Shown here piece by piece: positions 1-10,600 of a DNA stretch of 64,000 nt (position 1 is the first letter of the stretch; each line of letters begins with the position of its first letter). The stretch comes from Planctomycetota bacterium. Its GTDB lineage: Bacteria; Planctomycetota; SZUA-567; H5-PLA8. The DNA lies in contig JBBRPR010000004.1 in NCBI GenBank assembly GCA_038227875.1, positions 96,001 through 160,000 of the forward strand. Reading direction: 5' to 3'. The translations under genes and the position numbers were made by a program. Under the pieces are notes generated by a model that saw only the letters and a program-made list of their open reading frames with translations, did no database searches and was not told where the DNA came from.

Positions 1-796
1 CGCTTTTCCCGCTCGTGGCGTCGAGGAGTTCGAAGCTGTCAACGTGGTGCGTGTAGCCGACGCTTTTTCCAGCCTGCGCGCCGAGCCAGATTGAAAGATA
101 CGCACGCTTGAACGGATCGTCAGGACGGTACCCGGTCTGGATCGCGTGGATGGCGTCGCTGCGCGTGGTCTTCGGCGCGTGGGTGTAGGTGACGGATTCC
201 TTGTTGGTGTTGACGCCGGGGAAGTGGAGCGTGTAGGTCGCGCCGTCTTTCAGCGGTGCGGGGAGCTTCAACGAAATCGTGTAAATGAACGGCGCGGGGT
301 GCGCGTTGTTGCCGTCGGGCTTGCCTTTGCGGTAGACGGTCGTCGGCGCGGTGGGCTGCGCGAAGGCCGTGTCGTCGGCCGATTGAATCGAATACGCGGC
401 GGGTGTGTCGACGGCGGATTCGTCGAGGATCTTGCCGGCCATCTTGCTTTCCACGAACAGATGGGCGCCGTCGGGCGAGACGGCGGCGACGCGCGTGCGC
501 TGGCCGTTGACGGAACGGAAGAGCGCCTTGTCGTGTTCCTCGACCAGCGCACCATTCTTCACGGTGTAGTGCACTTCCTTCACGTTCTCGTCGACGATCT
601 CGTCGCCGGGCTGGGACGTGTACGACGTGAGCTGATTGGGGACGTACGTGCCGGCTTGCAGGGTGATCGACAGTATGTCCGGCGCGACAGCGCAGACGTG
701 GTCGATGGCGGGGCCGTCGGCCGGATGATCCATCGCCAGCGCGAGGGGGCTCACAAAAAGTGCGAGGGTGAAAAGCGCGGTGCGGTGGGTCATCAT
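1..796 (-). CDS. Secreted protein, probable glycoside hydrolase family 9 N-terminal (Ig-like) region; runs off the window edge
   Basis: Hand translation from ATG at 796: MMTHRTALFTLALFVSPLALAMDHPADGPAIDHVCAVAPDILSITLQAG... has a signal peptide and, near the edge, SDAIHAIQTGYRPDDPFKRAYLSIWLG, resembling the CelD_N 'vnQ.GY.p...K.A' motif. No stop before position 1. Absent from the ORF track because it is truncated. Confidence 0.6.
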   Translation of the reverse strand, partial: MMTHRTALFTLALFVSPLALAMDHPADGPAIDHVCAVAPDILSITLQAGTYVPNQLTSYTSQPGDEIVDENVKEVHYTVKNGALVEEHDKALFRSVNGQRTRVAAVSPDGAHLFVESKMAGKILDESAVDTPAAYSIQSADDTAFAQPTAPTTVYRKGKPDGNNAHPAPFIYTISLKLPAPLKDGATYTLHFPGVNTNKESVTYTHAPKTTRSDAIHAIQTGYRPDDPFKRAYLSIWLGAQAGKSVGYTHHVDSFELLDATSGKS

Positions 797-871
797 GATT
801 TGCCTCGGATGATAAAGAAGCTTAGTGCCCCGGGGCACTAAGCTAAATTTACGATATCTACACTGTGGCGT

Positions 872-1933
872 TTACGCGAATTCTTCGCGGCGGATTTCGC
901 GGCCTTGTTCGGCGGAGCGATAGGCCATCTGCGTCAGCGCGTTGATGGCGAGCGCTTCGCGCGGGGTCGTACCACATCCCGGATCGTTGCCGCGGATGGC
1001 CTGATTGAGCGCGGTGTACGCGTGGTCGCTGCCAGCGGTGCCGTCACGCCACGTGGAGGTGTGGGCCATCTGGCGCCACGGTCCGCCTTTTTCGGCGAAG
1101 TACGTGAAGTAGTTTTCGTCGTCCATCAGGATGCCGCCCTTGGTGCCGAGAATGGTGATCCGGCGCACGGGTTTGTGGTTGGAGATGTTGGCGAAATCGA
1201 ACGTGTACGTCGTCTTCGCCGAGCGCGCGAAAATCGTGGCGTGTTCTTCGACGTCGTAAACGGTGCCGGCGGGGACATCGTGTGGGAAGCCCTGGAAGGT
1301 CGTCGCCGAGACCGTGGTGATCGGCGGCCATCCGGTGAGATTCAAGACCAGGTCCATGAAGTACTGGCCCATGTCCATGAGCATGCCGCCGCCGGCGAGC
1401 TTCTTGTTGGCGAACCAGCGCGCGTCTTTGATGATGTCGACGCCCGGGCGGCCGCGGCTGCGGTAGTGCGTGACATCCACGCGGTAGATGTCGCCGACGT
1501 CGCCGTCCTTAATGTACTGGCGCGCAAGCGCCGCTGAACCCCAGCGCATGCGCGAGCTGAAAAAGATCACGTGCTTGGCGGCCTTGTCGGCGGCGGTGAT
1601 GATCTGCTTGTTCTCTTCGACGTCGAGCGTGCTCGGCTTTTCGCAGGCGACGTGCTTGCCGGCCTGGAGCGCGGCGATGGTGATCGGCGCGTGGAAGGCG
1701 ACGGGCGTGGCGACGGTCACCAGCTCGATGTCGCTGCGCTTCAGCAGTTCGTGGTGGTCGGTGAGGACTTCGGTCTTGTCGAGATTGTATTCCTTCTTGC
1801 GCTTCTCGGCGCGTTCGCGGCTGATGTCGCAGAGCGCCACGACGTTCATACCGAGCGTCTGATACGTCTTCAAGTGTTCGCGGCTGATGTCGCCGCAGCC
1901 GATCAGTCCAACGTTGACGGGTTTATCGCTCAT
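872..1933 (-). CDS. Gfo/Idh/MocA family oxidoreductase
   Basis: VGLIGCGDI Rossmann motif, KHVACEKP and GGGMLMDMGQY. Start placed at MSDKP (1933). Confidence 0.9.
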   Translation of the reverse strand: MSDKPVNVGLIGCGDISREHLKTYQTLGMNVVALCDISRERAEKRKKEYNLDKTEVLTDHHELLKRSDIELVTVATPVAFHAPITIAALQAGKHVACEKPSTLDVEENKQIITAADKAAKHVIFFSSRMRWGSAALARQYIKDGDVGDIYRVDVTHYRSRGRPGVDIIKDARWFANKKLAGGGMLMDMGQYFMDLVLNLTGWPPITTVSATTFQGFPHDVPAGTVYDVEEHATIFARSAKTTYTFDFANISNHKPVRRITILGTKGGILMDDENYFTYFAEKGGPWRQMAHTSTWRDGTAGSDHAYTALNQAIRGNDPGCGTTPREALAINALTQMAYRSAEQGREIRREEFA

Positions 1934-1952
1934 GATTTTTTCAAGCTCCAGG

Positions 1953-2810
1953 TTAGCGGTTGAGGTTGGCAAAGGCGGCTTCGACGACTTCGCGGGCGGA
2001 CTTTAAAGGGGCGAGGAGGTCGCCCTCGCCGATCGATTCAAAAGCGATGCCGCCGGTGTAGCCGGCATCGCGGTAGGATTTCAGCAGGCGCGGAAGGTCG
2101 TCGCCGAAGCCGGCGAGTTTCCCGCCAACTGGCGCACCCTTGATCTTGAGGTGCGATTGCGTGGCCTTCGGCGCGAGCTTGGCGGCACTGACGTAGACTT
2201 TTTCTTTGATCTCGCGGGGCGCGTCGGCGTTCCAGAATTCGCTGGCGGCCCAGTTGCTCGGATCGGGACACGCGGTGAGGCGCTTGCTGCCGAGCGTGTT
2301 GATCAAGTTCAAAATGTCGTCGGCTTCGACGAAGATCGAGTTGTGATTCTCGATCGCCATGTTGACGCCGGCGCGTTCAGCGTACGGGATACATTCGATG
2401 ATGCCTTCGCGTGTCAGCTGCTCGAGCTTTTCGCGCGGGGCCTTGTCGTTGTAGTAGCCGGTGAGCATGCGGATGTTGGGCACGCCGAGAGAGCCTGCGA
2501 TGCCGAGCCATTCTTTAATGTAAGCGATGTTGGCCAGGCGCCACTCTTCGTTGGCGACGAAGGCGAAGTCGTTGTACGTGGAGAGCGAGAGCACCTTCAC
2601 GCCGACCTTGCTGGCGTGGCGCATGACTTTTTCGAGATGCGCGGGTTGGCTGGAGCCGAGATCGCCGGCGGGATTGCCCGCGGCGCCGGCCATGATTTCG
2701 ATGCCGGAAAATCCCATCGCGGCGGTGGCGTCGAGGCAATCGAAGATTGTGAAAGCCGTATCGTTTTTGAAGCGGTCGCGGAAGCTCCAGGAATGCATGG
2801 CGGCGAACAT
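1953..2810 (-). CDS. Sugar phosphate isomerase/epimerase (xylose-isomerase-like TIM barrel)
   Basis: GFSGIE, MAIENH, CPDPSNW, SHLK and GYTGGIAFE metal-binding motifs. Co-oriented with the Gfo/Idh/MocA gene. Confidence 0.85.
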   Translation of the reverse strand: MFAAMHSWSFRDRFKNDTAFTIFDCLDATAAMGFSGIEIMAGAAGNPAGDLGSSQPAHLEKVMRHASKVGVKVLSLSTYNDFAFVANEEWRLANIAYIKEWLGIAGSLGVPNIRMLTGYYNDKAPREKLEQLTREGIIECIPYAERAGVNMAIENHNSIFVEADDILNLINTLGSKRLTACPDPSNWAASEFWNADAPREIKEKVYVSAAKLAPKATQSHLKIKGAPVGGKLAGFGDDLPRLLKSYRDAGYTGGIAFESIGEGDLLAPLKSAREVVEAAFANLNR

Positions 2811-2947
2811 GGCGCGGGTGGCTCCTTGCGGGACTAGGTTTACCAGAATTTAACAGTCGTCAATCAAAGGACACATGAAAGATACTCCGTCCTACAGTGG
2901 GATTCTGCGGGAAAAACGTACCTTCTATTGATATAAGTTACCAAAAA

Positions 2948-3016
2948 GTCGCCTTAGCGCGCGTTGCGCGCTAAGGCGACAGGGGTTAGTTCGCTCGCAA
3001 ACAGCCGCGAGCGAAC
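2948..3016. repeat. Two adjacent hairpins (REP-like)
   Basis: GTCGCCTTAGCGCGC-gtt-GCGCGCTAAGGCGAC (perfect 15-bp stem, 2948-2980) and GTTCGCTCGC...GCGAGCGAAC (2989-3016). Confidence 0.6.
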
Positions 3017-3158
3017 CAACGGGGTCAGGGGCCAAGGGTCAGAATAGAGTGTGCGCAGGGAAGGGGTGGGCGGGGTTTTGCTTTTGGGTGGAGTTAAAAA
3101 GAAGTGAAGTTTGGCGAGAAGCTTCGCTCTCGCCTTGAGAATTTTGGGGAGGTACGTG

Positions 3159-4010
3159 GTGGGCTTCTATGCTTCTCCGTCGGAGCTGGATCGGAAGTGT
3201 TTCTCGCTCGATAGCACGGGGCGTTCGCGGATGGCGCAGGTGCCGGTGCGATTTCGGCGGGATCACGGGTGGCGGTCGTGGCAGTTCATGTACACGCTGC
3301 GCGGGGAAGGTGTGGTGGACATTGAAGGCTCGCCGTTTCACGCGCAGGAGCACACCGTCACGTTGATGCCGCCGGACAAGAGCCACGGGTATCAGCCGGC
3401 GAAAGGATGCAAGCTCTGGGAATACCAATGGATCGAATTCAGTGGCGCGATGTCGGCCGATTTGCTCAACATGTTCGGACTGCTCGGGCGCTCGCACATC
3501 CACGGTTGCCGCGAGGCGTGGCCGGCGGTGGAGGACGTCGTCACGCGGCTGGAGACCGGCGGCAACGCGGCGCTGCATGAAGCGATGGCGCTTTTTCTGC
3601 GCGTGCTGGCGATCGTGGAATGGCGCGTGCGCCCCGAACGGACCCGCACACCGCTGGTGCAGCAGGTCGACCTGGCGGCCAAACGCTTTATCGCCGATCA
3701 CCTCGAGGCGGAGATCGATCTCGACGCGGTCGCGCAGGCGGTGCGGACCAGCCCGCATCACCTCATCCGCGTCTTCAAGCGCAACAATAATCTGACGCCG
3801 ATGGCATATCTGCGACAACTGCGCGCGGAGCGGGCGAAAGTGCTACTATCGCGGGGCGACTTGAGCATCAAGCAGGTCGGGCAGCGCGTGGGGTATCCGG
3901 TGCTGCAGCATTTTTCGCGCATGTTCCGAGCGGAGACGGGTAAGTCGCCGCGCGCGTGGCGTGGCGCTGGCGCGCAGGGGTCAGGGGTGGGGGCAGGCAC
4001 GGTGGAGTAA
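3159..4010 (+). CDS. AraC family transcriptional regulator
   Basis: N-terminal cupin and a C-terminal double HTH (LSIKQVGQRVGY...HFSRMFRAETGKSPRAWR). Start placed at GTG 3159 after GGAGG; uncertain. Divergent from the sugar genes. Confidence 0.9.
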   Translation: MGFYASPSELDRKCFSLDSTGRSRMAQVPVRFRRDHGWRSWQFMYTLRGEGVVDIEGSPFHAQEHTVTLMPPDKSHGYQPAKGCKLWEYQWIEFSGAMSADLLNMFGLLGRSHIHGCREAWPAVEDVVTRLETGGNAALHEAMALFLRVLAIVEWRVRPERTRTPLVQQVDLAAKRFIADHLEAEIDLDAVAQAVRTSPHHLIRVFKRNNNLTPMAYLRQLRAERAKVLLSRGDLSIKQVGQRVGYPVLQHFSRMFRAETGKSPRAWRGAGAQGSGVGAGTVE

Positions 4011-4081
4011 GCGGATTTTTTGCGCGGGCGGGCTAGAAGGCAGAAGCAGTCGGCAGGATCGCAGGCGTTGGGAATCGATTC

Positions 4082-4555
4082 ATGGCGGAAGCTGAAAAGT
4101 CAGAGCGGCTACAGTTTTCATTGCTGACAATGTTTGTCGTCGCTCTTCTTGCCGGCGGCGTTCTGGGAATTTCAGTGGCCATATATAAAGTGATTCAGGA
4201 TGACGGCAACGCTGCACAAACACGTCATGCGACCGATAGCGCTTTTCGAGTTGTCGAGCGCTTCATGGAGGCGCATCCAGGCCAGTGGCCTCAATCCTGG
4301 CGCGAACTGGAAACCGTAAAGGATCCAAGCACCGGAAAACCAATGGATTTGTATACTATTCAAAGACGTGTCAAAATTGACTTCACGCTCGGACTTGAAG
4401 ATCTGGAAAAGCAGTCGGAAAGCACTTTCACTGCAATTCAAGCCATTGGTCCCACGTATTCTGATTCGGAGAGCGCCAACCAAGCCAACCAGATCATTGA
4501 GTTGGCGAAGAAGTACGTCAAACTTCAGGCTCATGCGCCAGTATCGCAAAAATAG
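4082..4555 (+). CDS. Hypothetical protein with N-terminal TM anchor
   Basis: LQFSLLTMFVVALLAGGVLG TM segment of a planctomycete-like style. Lower GC than its neighbours. Confidence 0.7.
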   Translation: MAEAEKSERLQFSLLTMFVVALLAGGVLGISVAIYKVIQDDGNAAQTRHATDSAFRVVERFMEAHPGQWPQSWRELETVKDPSTGKPMDLYTIQRRVKIDFTLGLEDLEKQSESTFTAIQAIGPTYSDSESANQANQIIELAKKYVKLQAHAPVSQK

Positions 4556-4688
4556 CGTTTGGACGCGCCGGGGTCGTTCCGAAGTCTGGTTTGGGACGCT
4601 AATTACCCGAAATGTGTGCAACGAATGCCGGGGTGCGGGGTCTAAAGTCGCAAATCGTCTGACGGGATTACTAAAAGGGAGCACCATC

Positions 4689-7600
4689 ATGTCAAATTCG
4701 CGAATACCTCTGGTTCTGTTCGTGGCGCTGCTGGCGGGGGCGGCGCGGGGGAACGAAGTCGGGTACGTGGAGGATTTTGCGCTTTCGGCCAACCGCGGGG
4801 ATACGCTCAAGCAGCTCATTCCCGGATCTGAAGATTACTACTATTACACCTGCCTGACGTACCAGCAGACCGGCGCGTTCGACAAGGTCGACGAGCTGCT
4901 CAAGCTGTGGATTGAACGCCACGGGCGCACGGCGCGCGTCGAAGAGATCGTCAACCGCAACGCGCTGCTGGCGTACGAAAAGGACCCGAAGAAGTCGCTC
5001 GACTTTCTGCGCTGGCGGCTGGGCTTGAACTTCGATCACCGCAAGGAAATCATCGACCAGAAGCCCAACCAACCCACGCGCCTGGATCCCGCCGTGATCG
5101 CGAGCGAGACGATGACCCGCGACGCGCTCAATCATTACGGCAACCTGCAGGGCATCGAAGATTCGGCGCTGGAACTGCTTTCGCAGCAGAAGCTGACCGG
5201 CGAACAGCGCCGCGAACTGCTCGGCCGATTGCATCGCCCGGACCTGACCAACATGGTCCAGCTGGTGATGGAAGATTTGCGCTACAAGTACAGCTCGGGT
5301 TTCGGTTCGATGGAAATCCACAGACAGATGACGCTCGCGCAATTGGACGAACTGGTGAAGGCCATGCCGGAGCTGGCCAACCAGGTGAATTTCATCGGCG
5401 CCTACCTGACCAAGCTGCAGCCGACGCCGGACGTCGACGCGCAGTTGAACGCGAAGGAGCGGCTGGCGTGGTTCGACCGCGTCTGGGCGTTTGTGGCGAA
5501 GTTGCAGCCGGCGCACAATTCTCTGAAGGCGCACGTCCTCTTCCACCGCCTGGAATTCGACCGCACGCAGGGCGTGTACGACAAGGACCGCTTCATGGAA
5601 TACCTGAAGCTTCCGCGCCCCACCGCTTACATGCGGCCGGAGTACCTGCAGCGCACGTACCAGATCAATGGCGGCCAGGCGCAGGCGAATTTGAATCAGG
5701 ATTTCTCGGCGTCGACGCTGATGGTCGTGGTCAACACCGACGACGAATTGGTCCGCGATTACCTGCTCCACTTCTTTCAGAAGGAAGAGGACTTCGCGCC
5801 GTACCTGGTCTACGTTCGCGACGATTATATCAAGGATATCTTCGCGGAAGCCAAGATCGTCAACGGCATCGGCGACATGGAGAAGTGGTATTCGCTGCTG
5901 AACAACCCCACGCGCTACCAGGCGCTGAAAGACCGCGTCGACATCGATTTCGCGCCGGAGAACAAGCACTTCTTCACGGCCAACGACGCGGTGAGCCTCG
6001 ACGCCGACGTCAAGAACGTGAAGACGCTGATCGTGAAAGTGTTTGAAATCAACGCGCTCAATTATTACCGCGAGAAGAACCGCGAAGTCGACACGTCCAT
6101 TAATCTCGACGGACTGGTCGCCAACGACGAGAAGACCTTTACCTACGACGAAGCGCCGCTCCATCGCGTGCGCCGCCATTTCGATTTTCCGACGCTGAAG
6201 AAGCCCGGCGTGTACGTCGTAGAATTCATCGGCAACGGCACCAGCAGCCGCGCGCTGATCCACAAGGGGAAGCTGCGATTCATCGAGCACACCGGCACGG
6301 CCGGGCACGTCTTCAGCGTGATGGATGAAGAGAACAAGCCGGTGAAGGACGCCAGCATCTGGATGGCCGGGCGGGATTACACGGCCGACAAGGACGGCGA
6401 GATCCACATTCCCTTCAGCACCGCGCCGGGACAGCAGACGATCGTGCTGCATCAGGGCGAGTTTGCGAGCTTCGACACGTTCGACCACAAGGGCGAAGTC
6501 TACACTCTGAACGCCGGGTTCCACGTCGACCGCGAAGCGCTGCTCAAGCGGCAGAAAGCCAGCGTGCTGGTGCGGCCGGAGCTGACGCTGACGGGCAATC
6601 TCGCCACGGTGGGATTGCTGGAAGAAGTGACGTTGCAGATCCAGACGACCGATCGCGATGGCGTGGGGACGACCAAGGAAATTCCCGACTTCAAGCTTTT
6701 TGACGACAAGGAATCGGTCTACGAATTCTCGACGCCCGACAACATCATCCAGATCGGCTTCACACTGCGGGCACGGGTGAAGAGCCTGACGCTGCAGAAG
6801 AAGATCGACCTGGCCACGTCGCGTACGTTCGGCCTCAACCGCATTGACCTGTCGGAGAAGATCGAAGCACTGCATCTCAATCGCACGGCTGACGGGTACT
6901 TCCTGCAGCTGCTGGGCAAGACCGGCGAGACCAAGGCCGACCGGCCCGTGTCGCTGAACTTCAAGCACGTCGATTTCCGCGAACCAGCGCACGCGGCGCT
7001 GCAGACCGATGCCGACGGCAAGATCGTGCTGGGCCAGCTGCCCGACATTATGCTCGTGAGCGCCACGCTGCAGGACGGGCAGGCGTACTCGTGGATCCTG
7101 CCGCGCGACAATCACAATTATCTTTCGACCGTGCACGGCAAGCCCGCGCAGGCGATCCATCTGCCGTACATGGGCAGCGAAAAAGCGCCGACGCGCGCGG
7201 AGTTCTCGCTGCTGGAGCTGCGCGGTTCGCAGGCCGACGGCACGGGTACGTTTGTGCGCGATTGCTTCGAGAATCTGGCGATCGCCGACGGCTTCGTGGA
7301 GATCAAGGGCCTGACGGCCGGCGACTACTCGCTGCTGCTGAAGAAAGCCAACGAGCTCGTGTTGATCCGCATCACTGATGGCGAAATCCGCGACGGCTAC
7401 GCGCTGGGCGACGTCCGCACGCTGGAAATCAACAACGCCGAACCGCTCCAGATCACCAGTGTCGACGCCAACGCCGACACGCTCAAGGTTCAGCTCAAGA
7501 ACGTGACGAAGTACACGCGCGTGCATGTCGTCGCCGACCGCTTTCTGCCGGCGTATTCGATCTTCACGCAGCTCTCGACGCCCGGCCTGCAGGAACCGGA

Positions 7601-10600
7601 GAGCGTGGTCTGGACGAAGATGATTTCGCATTACCTGACCGGCCGCAACATTGGCGATGAGTACCGTTACATTCTGGAACGGCGCTACGCGCCGAAGTTC
7701 GCCGGCAACATGCTGGCGCGGCCGAACCTGCTGCTCAATCCGTTCACGCTGCGCACGACCGACACGGCGCAGGACGATCTGAACGGCCAGGGCAATTTCG
7801 GTTCGCGTTCCGGCGGCGGACGGCGAGCGATGATCACGCGCCACGGTGGAACCCGCGCCGACGAGACCGATTCGGCGCCGTGGGCGAATCTGGATTTCCT
7901 GCCCGAGCCGTCGACGCTGCTGGCCAATCTGGTGCCGGACAAGGACGGCGTGGTGAACATTTCGCGCAAGGACCTCGGCGCGCACCAGAACGTCCGCATC
8001 GTGGCCGTCGACACGCAGAACACGGTCGTGCGCGACGTCGCGCTGCAGGAAGTTGCGCTGAAGCCCAAGGACCTGCGCCTGGCGACGGGCCTGGACCCGG
8101 CCAAGCACTTCACCGAGCAGAAGGAAATCACGCTGCTCAACGCGGGGCAGTCGCTGGTGATGGACGACATCACCACGTCGAGCCTGGAGTCGTTCGACAC
8201 GCTGCGCAAGGTCTATGGACTCTACACGACGCTCAGCCGTGACCCGCGCCTGAGCGAGTTCGCGTTCATTCTGGAATGGCCGAAGCTGAAAGACGACGAG
8301 AAGCGCGCGGCGTATTCCAAGTACGCGTGCCATGAATTGAATTTCTTCATCTACAAGAAAGATCCGGACTTCTTCAAGGCGGCGCTGCTGCCGTACCTGA
8401 AGAACAAGAAAGACAAGACGTTCATGGACCACTACCTGATCGGCGACGACATGACGGCATACACGCAGCCGTGGAATTACGATCGCTTGAACACGGTCGA
8501 ACAGATCCTGCTCGCGCACCGCGTTCAGGCGGAGCTGAATCCGGCCGTGCGCCACGCGAAGGAAATTTACGATCTGATGCCGCCGGACATCGAGCGCTTC
8601 AATTTCCTCTTCAAGACGGCGCTGCAGGGGAATGCGCTTGAGACGGCTGATGGCGTCGGCTTCCGCGAAGCGACGGGGAAGATTGTCGACAACAACCGCA
8701 AGTTGAACGACGCCCGCGATCAATTGAGGGCGAGTAATGAGGAGGGCAAGGCGGATGCTGCGCCCGCCGCCAACGGATTTGCGCTTGGTGGCGCTGCCGG
8801 ACAGCCCAGCAACGGGCCTGCGTCGCCACCGCCCCCGGCCGTTGCCGCCGCGAGACCCGCCGCACCCGCGAAAACCGAGCAGTTGGCCAAAAAGCTGGCT
8901 GACCAACGTTCCGACAAGAATAAGAGCGGCGAATTTAAAGAGCGTGAAAAGTTGAAGGACGCCGCCAAGAAGCCGATGGCGCAGGCGGCTCAAAGAGCTG
9001 CGGAGGCGGACGACGCCAAGGCGGACAAGCAGCAATTGGAGGGCTTGGCCGTCGATCTCGAAAGCCGCGACCAGGCGCAGCAACAGATGCTCTACCGGAA
9101 GCTCGACAAGACCGAGGAGCTTGCTGAGAACAATTACTTCAAGCTGCCGATCGAACAGCAGCTCGCGTCACTGGTGACGGTCAACGCGTTCTGGAAGGAC
9201 TTCGCGGCCAACGCCAACAAGGGACCGTTCCTTTCGGGGAACCTGGCCGAAGCGTCGCGCAACTTCACGGAAATCATGTTCGCGATGTCGGTGCTGGACC
9301 TGCCTTTCGAAGCCGGCAAGCACGCTTCGGAATTCGCGGCGCAGAAGATGACGCTCAACGCCAAGAGCCCGATCGTGGCGTACCACAAGGAGATCAAGGA
9401 AAGTCCCGCGGCGGAGAAGACGCCGGTGCTGGTCAGCCAGAATTTCTACCGCGCCGACGACCGCTTCCGCTTCGAGAACAACGAACGCTTCGACAAGTAC
9501 GTCACCGACGAATTCCTGGTGCATGTCGTCTACGGCTGCCAGGTGGTGCTGACCAATCCGACGTCCTCACCGCAGAAACTGGATCTGCTGCTGCAGATCC
9601 CGCGCGGAGCGATGCCGGCGACCAACGGTTTTTACACCAAGGGGCCGTTCGTGCAGTTGGCGCCGTATTCGACGACGACGTTCGATTACCACTTCTACTT
9701 CCCGCTGCCGGGCGAGTTCACGCACTATCCCGTCCACGTTTCACGCAACGGCAAGATGATCGCGTCGGCCGCGCCGGTGATTTTGAAGGCCGTCGCCAAG
9801 CTGACGAAGATCGACACCGAGTCGTGGGATTACATCTCGCAGAACGGCACGGACGAGCAGGTGATCACCTACCTGGATGCCAACAACATCCACCGCATCA
9901 ATCTCGATCGCATCGCCTGGCGCATGGGCAACGCGGCGATGTTCAAGAAGGTCACCGAGCTGCTGACCCGCCGCCACGATTACAACAATACGCTCTGGTC
10001 GTACGCGATCGTGCACAACGACGTCCCGGCGATCCGTGAATTCCTGGCGCACGCCGATGGCTTCGTGGCGCAGACGGGGCTGTGGCTGGAAAGTCCGCTG
10101 CTGGCGATCGATCCGGTGGCGCGCAATTTCTATCAGCACCTGGAGTACAGCCCGCTGGTCAACGCGCGCGCACACCGGCTGGGCAAAGAGAACAAGATCC
10201 TCAACGACCGATTCTACGAGCAGTACGAACGGATCCTGCATGTCCTGAAGTACAAGCCGGAACTCAGCGACGCCGACCGGCTCTCGGTCTCCTGCTACAT
10301 GCTGCTGCAGGACCGCGTCGCCGACGGACTGGCGATGTTCGCGAAGGTCAATCCGGAAAAGATCGCGACGAAGATCCAGTACGATTACGTAAAGGCGTTC
10401 GGCGACTTCTATTCCGACGAACACAAGACGGCGCGCGAAGTGGCGGCGACGTACAAGGACTATCCGATCGACCGCTGGAAGAACCGCTTCGCCGATATCG
10501 TCGCGCAGCTGGACGAAGCGGCGGGCAAGAACGCCGTGGCCATCGACAAGGAAGACCGGACGCAGGCGATGGGCCAGCTGGCGGCCGGCGAGCCGAGCTT

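Noticed and set aside
146..841. 231-aa plus-strand ORF
   Set aside because: Antisense shadow of the truncated minus-strand secreted protein gene.
4692..9083. 1463-aa minus-strand ORF and other long antisense ORFs (e.g. 29576-31012, 36505-37920, 44170-46182, 50230-51591)
   Set aside because: Shadow frames of high-GC3 genes with no recognisable motifs.
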